DNA of 64,000 nt, taken from an uncultured Ignavibacteriaceae bacterium. GTDB lineage: Bacteria > Bacteroidota > Ignavibacteria > Tepidaquicellales > Tepidaquicellaceae. Numbering within the stretch: position 1 is the first letter of the stretch; each line of letters begins with the position of its first letter. The notes under the pieces were generated by a model. That model was not told the DNA's origin, searched no databases, and was given only the letters and a program-made list of their open reading frames with translations. The DNA is taken from assembly GCA_964561045.1 (NCBI GenBank), contig CAZLOL010000001.1, forward strand, positions 23,450 through 87,449. The letters are read 5' to 3'. This document shows, one piece after another, positions 9,612 through 17,550 of this stretch. The position numbers and the translations under genes are program-made.

Positions 9612-10250
9612 ATGAAGCAAACATCACAGGAAGAAGTATGGAAAACAAAATTCGGAGAAGAGTATAATAACAGAAACATATTTGATAATAAAGCACTTGA
9701 TGAAGTTTATATAAGCGACATAAATATTTCCAGAACAGCGATGAACGAAAAATTCATTGGAGAACTTGACCGTGAATTGAAAATTCTTGAAGTCGGCTGT
9801 AACATAGGATTGCAGCTGACGAATCTTCAGGAGATGGGATTCAGAAATTTATACGGAATAGAACTGCAGCCCCACGCAGTTGAGCTGGCAAAGCAGAGAA
9901 CAAAAGGGATGAACATCATACAGGCAACCGCTTATGACATTCCCTTCAAGGATAAATATTTTGATCTGGTTTTTACCAGCAGGGTATTGATTCATCTGAA
10001 CCCTGAAGAAATAAACAAAGCAATAAAAGAAATCGTACGCTGTTCAAGTAATTATATTTACGGAAATGAATACTATGCCGATGAGCTTACTGAAATAAAA
10101 AATTATCATGGTCAGAACAATATTGCCTGGAAGAGAAATTTTCCACAGCTGTACCTGGATCTTTTTCCAAACCTGAAGCTTCTGAAAGAGGAAAAATATA
10201 AGTATACATTTAATGATGATCTTGATACAACATATTTGTTACAGAAATAG
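9612..10250 (+). CDS. Class I SAM-dependent methyltransferase, resembling the pseudaminic-acid-biosynthesis-associated methylase family
   Basis: Motif I is ILEVGCNIGLQL. The N-terminal VWKTKFGEEYNNRN resembles that family's N-terminus (from memory, not searched). An AGGAG sits about 10 nt upstream of the ATG. Confidence 0.65.
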   Translation: MKQTSQEEVWKTKFGEEYNNRNIFDNKALDEVYISDINISRTAMNEKFIGELDRELKILEVGCNIGLQLTNLQEMGFRNLYGIELQPHAVELAKQRTKGMNIIQATAYDIPFKDKYFDLVFTSRVLIHLNPEEINKAIKEIVRCSSNYIYGNEYYADELTEIKNYHGQNNIAWKRNFPQLYLDLFPNLKLLKEEKYKYTFNDDLDTTYLLQK

Positions 10251-10252
10251 TA

Positions 10253-11041
10253 ATGAGCAGGAAACCGAAAATAGTCGCGTGCATTGAAGCAAGGATGGGT
10301 TCAAGCAGACTTCCGGGAAAGGTATTAATGGATATCGGGGGAAAGCCGGCTTTGCAGATATTAACGGAACGGCTTTCTCAATCTAAATATATTGATGAAG
10401 TAATCATAGCAACAACAGTAAGTCCCGCGGATGAAAAGATCGAAGAGTTCGGAAAAAGATCAGGCATACATGTTTACAGAGGAAGTGAAGAAGATGTGCT
10501 TGGAAGAGTTGTCGGAGCTGTGGAATCAGTCAATGGCGAGATCATAGTGGAGATAACAGGTGATTGTCCGCTTATGGATCCCGGCGTTCTTGATAGTGTT
10601 CTCGATGAGTATTTCAGTAATTTTCCTGAATATGATTATGTGACCAATATCGGCTATGTAAAAGATCATAAAAGGGAAATTCCTTTAGGTATGGATGTCC
10701 GTGTATTTACATATAAAGATCTGAAGTACATCAGTGAAATAACAAATGATCCTGAAGACAGGGAGCATGTTTCTTTGTATTTCTTCAGAACAGGCAAAGA
10801 TAAATACAGGCTATTCAATATAAAGACGCCTGAGAAGTGGAAAAGAGATTACAATCCGAGATTATGCCTTGATACAAAAGAAGACCTTGAAGTAATAAGA
10901 AAAATTTATGAGTCATTAATCAAAGATAAAAAAGATTTTAATCTTGAGGATATTTTAAATTTTACAGACAAGAACAGAGACATAACCAGAATCAATTCTG
11001 AAGTAAAACAGAAGACAGTAAGCAATCTTGAGCAGATATAA
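10253..11041 (+). CDS. Cytidylyltransferase, CMP-KDO/CMP-nonulosonate synthetase family (SpsF/PseF-like), copy 2
   Basis: Motifs IVACIEARMGSSRLPGKV, ITGDCPLMDP, PLGMDVRV, DREHVSLY and PRLCLDTKEDL are motif-for-motif colinear with 4845..5585. Confidence 0.8.
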   Translation: MSRKPKIVACIEARMGSSRLPGKVLMDIGGKPALQILTERLSQSKYIDEVIIATTVSPADEKIEEFGKRSGIHVYRGSEEDVLGRVVGAVESVNGEIIVEITGDCPLMDPGVLDSVLDEYFSNFPEYDYVTNIGYVKDHKREIPLGMDVRVFTYKDLKYISEITNDPEDREHVSLYFFRTGKDKYRLFNIKTPEKWKRDYNPRLCLDTKEDLEVIRKIYESLIKDKKDFNLEDILNFTDKNRDITRINSEVKQKTVSNLEQI

Positions 11042-11987
11042 AGTAAGTATAATCGGTTGCGGGGACATTGGATTTCTGTTTGATCACAAAAAGGATATCA
11101 AAGGAGCTTTGACACATTTCAAAGCATTCAACGATTCGGATAAGTTTGAAATAGTTTCTGTTTGTGATTTTAAGGAAGAGGTAAGGCAAATCATAAAAAG
11201 TGAACATAAGATTAAAGTATATGATGATTATCCAAAAATGTTTGAAGAAACATATCCTGAAGTAATCATAATTGCATCGAATGATGAATCACATTTTGAG
11301 ATTTTAAAAAAGATAACTGTTTACAAACCAAAGCTTGTTTTTTGCGAGAAGCCTGTAACGCTTGATTACAATGAAACAAAGGAAATTGTAAAACTATATG
11401 AAGATAATAATATTCCGCTTCAGGTAAATTACACGAGGAGATTTCTTAATGAATTTTATGAAATAGGGAATATGATCAGGCAAAAAGATATCGGAGAGCT
11501 GGAGTCGGTTACTTTTTATTATTCACGCGGGCTTACGCATAATGCTTCACATTATCTTGACCTTATAGACTGGTATATAGGGGAAACGGAAAAAAATCTA
11601 ATCAATATTTCAATTAAAGATGGAATAAGCAAAACAGATGGGACATACAGCTTTGATATGATATACGAAAACGGACTTGAGATCAGATTCATAGGTTTGA
11701 ATCCAACTAAACTTTCATTTGCTGAAGTTGATTTTATCGGAACAAAAGGGAGAGTCAGGATAAACTATAAAAATGAAATTGAGAAATATGATATAAAAGA
11801 AAATAGAATGTTCAAGGGTTATTCAGCATATAATTTATATGAAAGCAAGCCTATCAGATTTGAAGAAGCACTGCCGAATGCAGTGGAGAATATATACAAT
11901 ACATTAAGAAGCAGAGAGGATTTAAAATCACCTGCTTCTAATTCGATTAAAATTTTTGAATTAATAAACAGAATCAAGGAGAAATAA
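11028..11987 (+). CDS. Gfo/Idh/MocA family oxidoreductase, copy 2
   Basis: TTG start with a 14-nt overlap on the upstream gene. Rossmann motif KVSIIGCGDIG and FCEKP. Confidence 0.75.
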   Translation: MSRYKVSIIGCGDIGFLFDHKKDIKGALTHFKAFNDSDKFEIVSVCDFKEEVRQIIKSEHKIKVYDDYPKMFEETYPEVIIIASNDESHFEILKKITVYKPKLVFCEKPVTLDYNETKEIVKLYEDNNIPLQVNYTRRFLNEFYEIGNMIRQKDIGELESVTFYYSRGLTHNASHYLDLIDWYIGETEKNLINISIKDGISKTDGTYSFDMIYENGLEIRFIGLNPTKLSFAEVDFIGTKGRVRINYKNEIEKYDIKENRMFKGYSAYNLYESKPIRFEEALPNAVENIYNTLRSREDLKSPASNSIKIFELINRIKEK

Positions 11988-11989
11988 CT

Positions 11990-13309
11990 ATGTCAAGATT
12001 AGCCTTACTCGGGGGAGATCCCGTACGTACAAAAATATTTCCGCAGAGCAATACAATTGGGGAAGAAGAGAAAAAAGCAGTAATGAAAGTTCTTGATTCC
12101 GGAAATCTTTCTCAGTATGTAGGTTCTTGGAACAAGGATTTCAAAGGCGGTCCGACTGTTCAGCAGTTTGAAAATGACTGGGCGGAAGCATTCGGAGTAA
12201 AATACTGCCATGCCGTTAACTCAAACACTTCGGGTTTATATGCCTGTATCGGGGCATGTGATATAGGTCCCGGAGATGAAGTAATAGTATCTCCATATAC
12301 AATGACAGCAGGAGCAATTGCTCCTTTGATATACGGAGCCGTTCCTGTTTTTGCAGATATAGATGAAGATATATTCTGTCTTGATCCAAAAAGCATTGAA
12401 GCGAACATTACCTCAAGGACTAAAGCAATATTAGTAGTCCATATATGCGGTCATCCGACGGATATGGATGAAGTTATGGCAATTGCAAAAAAATATAATT
12501 TAAAGGTAATTGAGGACTGCGCTCAGTCACCAATGTCAACATACAAAGGCAGGTTTGTCGGAACGATCGGTGATGTAGGGATTTTCAGTCTGAATTACCA
12601 TAAGCACATTCACACAGGAGAGGGGGGAATGATAGTTACGAATGATCCTGTGATTGCCGAGAAAGTAGAATTGATAAGGAATCACGGAGAGGCAGTAGTT
12701 GAAGGAAAGAAAACGAAGGATTTATGGAATACATTCGGATTTAATTACAGAATGACAGAGATGGAAGCAGCAGTTGGAATAGAGCAGTTAAAAAAGCTGC
12801 CTGATCTGATCAACAGGAGAATAGCAAATGCAAATTATCTTTCAAAGATACTTGGAGAACTTCCGGGAATAATTCCGCCTATGGTTAAAGAAAACTGCAA
12901 GCATGTATTTTATCAGCAGACATTCAAATTCAAAAGAGATATTATCGGGATTCACAGAAATACATTCATAGATGCGATGAAAGCAGAACTGCCTACAATG
13001 GTTTTGAGGGAATCAACTCCTATAATCGGATGTGGATTTGCTCCGCCTCTTTATTTGCAGCCGATTTATCAGCAGAGACTTCATAAGTGTTCATTTAACT
13101 GTCCGAGATATGACGGTTCAGTCTCTTATGAAAAAGGGCTTTGTCCTGTCACAGAGAAGATGTTCTATGAGGAAGTTTTTACACATGAGTATATGAGACC
13201 GAGTTTTTCACAGAGAGATCTCGAAGATGTAGTTAAAGCTTATGAGAAAGTTTATGAGCATGTATCTGATCTGAAAGAATATGAAATGAAAAACACAGTC
13301 ACGGCTTAA
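11990..13309 (+). CDS. DegT/DnrJ/EryC1/StrS family PLP-dependent sugar aminotransferase (long form, 439 aa)
   Basis: LNYHKHIHTGEGGMIVTND contains the Schiff-base Lys motif. NSNTSGLYACIGA is also present, and AGGAG lies upstream of the ATG. Confidence 0.85.
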   Translation: MSRLALLGGDPVRTKIFPQSNTIGEEEKKAVMKVLDSGNLSQYVGSWNKDFKGGPTVQQFENDWAEAFGVKYCHAVNSNTSGLYACIGACDIGPGDEVIVSPYTMTAGAIAPLIYGAVPVFADIDEDIFCLDPKSIEANITSRTKAILVVHICGHPTDMDEVMAIAKKYNLKVIEDCAQSPMSTYKGRFVGTIGDVGIFSLNYHKHIHTGEGGMIVTNDPVIAEKVELIRNHGEAVVEGKKTKDLWNTFGFNYRMTEMEAAVGIEQLKKLPDLINRRIANANYLSKILGELPGIIPPMVKENCKHVFYQQTFKFKRDIIGIHRNTFIDAMKAELPTMVLRESTPIIGCGFAPPLYLQPIYQQRLHKCSFNCPRYDGSVSYEKGLCPVTEKMFYEEVFTHEYMRPSFSQRDLEDVVKAYEKVYEHVSDLKEYEMKNTVTA

Positions 13310-14356
13310 ATGCAGAAGAAAATTCTGATGGCATTTGATGATCCCGGCGGCGGGCTCGCAGTAAGTTCGCTTATAGAAAGATTACAGCATGAAGAAATTG
13401 ATCTTGAAATATATTCAGGGAAACTCAGCGAAAAATTTTTAGAAAAAGATAAAACGGTTTACAATAAAATTGATTCTAAGATAACAAGGGAAGATGCAGC
13501 GGTTATAATTGATAATGTTCAGCCTGATCTACTGATTACGGGCACAGGCGGGGGCAATGCAGAGCAGGAGCTTAGAAATGCGGCCTATAAAAAGAACATA
13601 AAGAGCATAGTAATACTTGATTTCTGGAAAGACTATTCGAGACGCTGGCTTTATGCTGCTTATTCACTGGCTGAAATGAAGGATAAGATTTGTGTAATGG
13701 ATGAATTTACAAAAGAAGAAATGACCGGTGAAAATTTTCCCTGTGAAAATATTGTAGTTACGGGTCATCCTTACCTGGATGAAATATTCAACCATAGAAA
13801 GAACAATTCTGAGCAAATTAATTTCAGGAAAAATCATATATTATTTCTTTCACAGCCATTGCAAATAATTGGTTTAAAAGATTACAAAATTCATCCGCTT
13901 AAAACCCTTCTTGAAAGTTTAATAAGGCTGACTTCTGAAAATAATTCTGAATACACTTTGAAAATTAAGCTTCATCCTTCTGAAGAAATGACAACTGAGA
14001 TTGAAGACTTAAAAAGATCTTATGATTCGAAATATCTCCGGATTAATTTTGCTGACAAATCCTCGTCACTGGAAGAGCAGATACTTGAATCAGAAATAAT
14101 TGCAGGTTATAATACAATTGCTATGTTTGAAAGCAGGGCAATGAACAGGAGAACGGTAAGTTTAAAAGTCGCTCCTGTCAGAAAGTCGCTTTCAATAGCT
14201 ATGGAAACAGCCGGAATAGAGATCATAAATGCTGATGAGGAAAGTATAATTGAATGTCTTAAAAATTCAAAGTCCGGATCATACAGGAAAGGAATTTTCA
14301 AAGGCGGAATTGACAATTGTGTTAAATTAATATTAAGTGAATTAAATCTGAATTAA
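13310..14356 (+). CDS. Uncharacterised two-Rossmann (GT-B-like) protein; candidate for the missing nucleotide-sugar hydrolase/epimerase or a transferase
   Basis: The ATG abuts the upstream stop. Motifs ILMAFDDPGGG, ITGTGGGNAEQE, VVTGHPYLDEI and IKLHPSEE suggest a GT-B-type fold. No family was recognised with certainty. Confidence 0.3.
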   Translation: MQKKILMAFDDPGGGLAVSSLIERLQHEEIDLEIYSGKLSEKFLEKDKTVYNKIDSKITREDAAVIIDNVQPDLLITGTGGGNAEQELRNAAYKKNIKSIVILDFWKDYSRRWLYAAYSLAEMKDKICVMDEFTKEEMTGENFPCENIVVTGHPYLDEIFNHRKNNSEQINFRKNHILFLSQPLQIIGLKDYKIHPLKTLLESLIRLTSENNSEYTLKIKLHPSEEMTTEIEDLKRSYDSKYLRINFADKSSSLEEQILESEIIAGYNTIAMFESRAMNRRTVSLKVAPVRKSLSIAMETAGIEIINADEESIIECLKNSKSGSYRKGIFKGGIDNCVKLILSELNLN

Positions 14357-14367
14357 CAATAAATTTA

Positions 14368-14943
14368 ATGTCCATGAAAAATCCATTCTTAACAGGCGAA
14401 AAAATTTATTTATCTCCATTGACAAAAGAAGACATTTCTGCAGATTATATCGGCTGGCTTAATGACAGTGAAGTCTGTAAAGACAATTCACATGCAACAT
14501 TTCCTAATACTTATTCTAAAACTTTGTCCTATGTAGAATCTGTTGAGAAGAGCGGAAATGAAATTGTATTTGCAATCAGATGGAAAAAAAATGATATTCA
14601 CATCGGGAATATTTCATTGCAAAATATAAACTGGATAAACAGATCTGCGGAGATTGCCATAATAATCGGGAATAAGAAATACTGGAATAAAGGTGTTGGC
14701 AGTGAGGCATACAAACTTGTTATAGGATACGGATTCCGGACACTTAATTTAAACAGACTTTCTTCAGGGCAGACTGTAACTAACAGAGGAATGATAAGTG
14801 TCTGTGAAAAAAACGGATTGAAAAAGGAAGGAACTTTAAGAGAAGTATTATTCAAAAACGGAGAATACAATGACGCAGTGATATACTCAATTTTATTTAA
14901 AGATTTCAGGAAAAAAGCAAACATAAAACAAAATGAAGGATAA
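14368..14943 (+). CDS. GNAT family N-acetyltransferase (RimJ/RimL-like; PseH-like by context)
   Basis: Motifs IAIIIGNKKYWNKGVGSEAYKL and LNLNRLSSGQTVTNRGMISVCEKNGLKKEGTLRE. Confidence 0.8.
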   Translation: MSMKNPFLTGEKIYLSPLTKEDISADYIGWLNDSEVCKDNSHATFPNTYSKTLSYVESVEKSGNEIVFAIRWKKNDIHIGNISLQNINWINRSAEIAIIIGNKKYWNKGVGSEAYKLVIGYGFRTLNLNRLSSGQTVTNRGMISVCEKNGLKKEGTLREVLFKNGEYNDAVIYSILFKDFRKKANIKQNEG

Positions 14944-16132
14944 AGATTACGGAAAGCCTCAGATGGAAGGTGTACAGTATTGTATAAGATGCTGTATCCC
15001 TTCAACACAGGAGCTGGTAATGTTCGATGAAATGGGAATTTGTCAGGCATGTCAGTCATCCGAGCAGAAGATACACATCAACTGGGTTGAAAAGGAAAAG
15101 AAGTTAAGAGAGATATTAGAGAATGCAAAAGCTAAAGCAGGAAGCAACTATGACTGCATTGTTCCTATCAGCGGCGGCAAGGACAGTACTTTTCAACTTT
15201 ATGTATTGACTCAGATATACGGAATGAAACCTCTCGCAGTAACATTCAGCCATAACTGGTACAGTGAAACAGGGTGGTATAATCTTTTAAATTCTCTTGA
15301 AAAATTTAATGTTGATCACATCATGTTTACACCTAACAGGGATCTTGTAAACAGAATAGCAAAGCGGTCACTTGAGGCAATAGGAGATACTTGCTGGCAT
15401 TGTCATGCAGGAGTAGGTGCATTTCCTCTTCAGGTAGCTGTAAGATTCAATATTCCCCTTTTGATTTACGGAGAATCAATAGCTGAATCATCAGGAAGAT
15501 CTTCTTATAAAAATCCTCTGATGGAATTCAATGTAGATTATTTCATGAAGGTCTCTACAAAGCGGAATCCAAGAGAGATGGTATGCAGCTATATTTCGGA
15601 AAAAGACATGAAGCCTTTCTTTTTTCCGACAATTGAAGAACTGGAAACAGCGGGTGTCAGACTAATGCATCTCGGAGATTACATTTTCTGGGATGATGAG
15701 AGACAGATGGAATTTGTAAGAGATAATTACGGATGGAAGGAGACAGAAGTTGAAGGTACTTATAAAGGATATAAAAGTGCAGAGTGCATTATGCCGGGAA
15801 TGCATGATTTTACAAACTATCTTAAGCGCGGATACGGGAGGTCAACATATCAGGCAAGTGTGGATGTCAGGAATGGTTTGCTTTCGAGGGATGAAGGTTT
15901 CGAATTATCAAGAAAATATGACAGTGAGATCCCCGAGTCACTTGAATATTATCTTAAAATAACCGGCATGACAAAGGAGGAATTTTATGAAATGATGTTG
16001 GAAAAAAGATTACCTGAGATCAAGCATTTACAGCTGCCTGTGACAGTCAAATCAAGAAAGAACAAAGAGAGAATTTTACCATATCCGGAACAATTAATAG
16101 AAAAAGAGGAAAACAGAAGAAGCAATGAATGA
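14933..16132 (+). CDS. N-acetyl sugar amidotransferase (PP-loop; WbuX/WbpG/PseA family)
   Basis: A Cys-rich N-terminus (CIRCCIPS...GICQACQ) is followed by the PP-loop PISGGKDST. There is an 11-nt overlap with the upstream GNAT gene. Confidence 0.8.
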   Translation: MKDKDYGKPQMEGVQYCIRCCIPSTQELVMFDEMGICQACQSSEQKIHINWVEKEKKLREILENAKAKAGSNYDCIVPISGGKDSTFQLYVLTQIYGMKPLAVTFSHNWYSETGWYNLLNSLEKFNVDHIMFTPNRDLVNRIAKRSLEAIGDTCWHCHAGVGAFPLQVAVRFNIPLLIYGESIAESSGRSSYKNPLMEFNVDYFMKVSTKRNPREMVCSYISEKDMKPFFFPTIEELETAGVRLMHLGDYIFWDDERQMEFVRDNYGWKETEVEGTYKGYKSAECIMPGMHDFTNYLKRGYGRSTYQASVDVRNGLLSRDEGFELSRKYDSEIPESLEYYLKITGMTKEEFYEMMLEKRLPEIKHLQLPVTVKSRKNKERILPYPEQLIEKEENRRSNE

Positions 16133-17516
16133 TACACTTAGTAAGATAGAAAAAAATATTTTTCTGGAACAAAGCATTAAGGAAATTACTGAAAAAATTT
16201 CTTCCGGGGAAATTACTCCTCTTGACATTGCACTTGAAAGCATAGAGCGGATCGAGAAGTATAACGAGAGATACAAAGTATGGGTTTGTTATGACAGAGA
16301 AATTCTTTTTAAGCAGGCAATGAAAATTTCAGAGAGACTGAATGAGGGCGGTAAGATTAGAGCATTGGAAGGAATACCTGCTGGTATAAAAGATATTTTC
16401 AATACATATGATTTTCCGACACAGATGGGAAGTCCTTTATGGCAGGGATTTACGTCGGGAAATGACTCAAGGGTTGTATATTATCTGAAACAGGCAGGAG
16501 CAGTAGTGCCGGGAAAGACAGACACCGCAGAATTTGCAGTACATGCAATCGGAAACTGTCTGAATCCTCATGATATAACAAAAACACCCGGAACCTCATC
16601 AAGCGGATCTTCCGTAGCAGTTTCACTAGGAATGGTACCTGTCTCAATAGGAACACAAACAGCAGGCTCGATAGTGAGACCAGCAAGTTTCTGCGGAGTT
16701 TACGGTTGCAAGCCTTCATTCGGACTTATTCCAAGGACCGGAATGCTGAAGACAACTGACAGTTTGGATACAATTGGATTTTTTACTTCTAAATATGAAG
16801 ACCTTGAAAGAGTATTTGAAATTGTAAGAGTACACGGATCAAATTATCCGATAAGCAATGATGCATTGAGCGATAAAAAGCGGCAGAACAAGGCTGCGGA
16901 CAGAACATGGAAAATTGCCTTTGTGAAAACTCATACTTGGGATCATGCATTTGATTATGCTAAGGATGCTATTTTAAAATTTGTAAAAAAATTATCAGAA
17001 ACAGATGGCATAGAAATAACTGAGGCAGAATTACCTGAAGATATTCAGTCAGCACACAAAGTACATGAAAGAATTTATGACAAAACATTAGCATATTATT
17101 TTCAGGAAGAATTCAAAAAACCCGAGCATGTTTCATCTATAATGAACGAGATCATAAACAGAGGAAATCTGATCTCAGTAAGTGAATATCATCAGGCATT
17201 AAAAGATCAGGAAAAAATAGTATCCTGCATGGATGATTTCTTTGATGATCATGATATAATTGTTTCTTTGAGTACAGCAGGAGAAGCACCGGACAGAAAT
17301 GAAACAGAAAGACCTGATCCGTCCCTGATTTGGACATTATCGCATTTACCTGTAGTAAGTTCACCGGCATTTATTTCACCGGACGGATTACCATTTGGAG
17401 TACAATTTGCAGCCAGAAAATACAACGACCTGTTGTTATTCAGATTTTTAGACAGATTACGTGAATCTTGTCTTATACCTGATGGAGCAAACCCTCTTCC
17501 AAACGTACATCACTAA
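16125..17516 (+). CDS. Amidase-signature family enzyme (GatA-like amidase/glutaminase)
   Basis: The Ser-cisSer-Lys elements are intact: PAGIKDIF, GTSSSGSSVAV, GTQTAGSIVRPASFCG. The 8-nt ATGAATGA start/stop overlap with the amidotransferase gene indicates translational coupling. Confidence 0.85.
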   Translation: MNDTLSKIEKNIFLEQSIKEITEKISSGEITPLDIALESIERIEKYNERYKVWVCYDREILFKQAMKISERLNEGGKIRALEGIPAGIKDIFNTYDFPTQMGSPLWQGFTSGNDSRVVYYLKQAGAVVPGKTDTAEFAVHAIGNCLNPHDITKTPGTSSSGSSVAVSLGMVPVSIGTQTAGSIVRPASFCGVYGCKPSFGLIPRTGMLKTTDSLDTIGFFTSKYEDLERVFEIVRVHGSNYPISNDALSDKKRQNKAADRTWKIAFVKTHTWDHAFDYAKDAILKFVKKLSETDGIEITEAELPEDIQSAHKVHERIYDKTLAYYFQEEFKKPEHVSSIMNEIINRGNLISVSEYHQALKDQEKIVSCMDDFFDDHDIIVSLSTAGEAPDRNETERPDPSLIWTLSHLPVVSSPAFISPDGLPFGVQFAARKYNDLLLFRFLDRLRESCLIPDGANPLPNVHH

Positions 17517-17550
17517 TAAATTTCGAAACTCATTGAGTATAAAAGATCAA

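Noticed and set aside
16125-17516. The amidase-signature gene as the housekeeping GatA subunit of Glu/Asp-tRNA amidotransferase.
   Set aside because: No gatB or gatC is adjacent. The gene overlaps the sugar amidotransferase by 8 nt inside a glycan locus. A locus-specific role is more parsimonious, although only phylogeny can exclude GatA.
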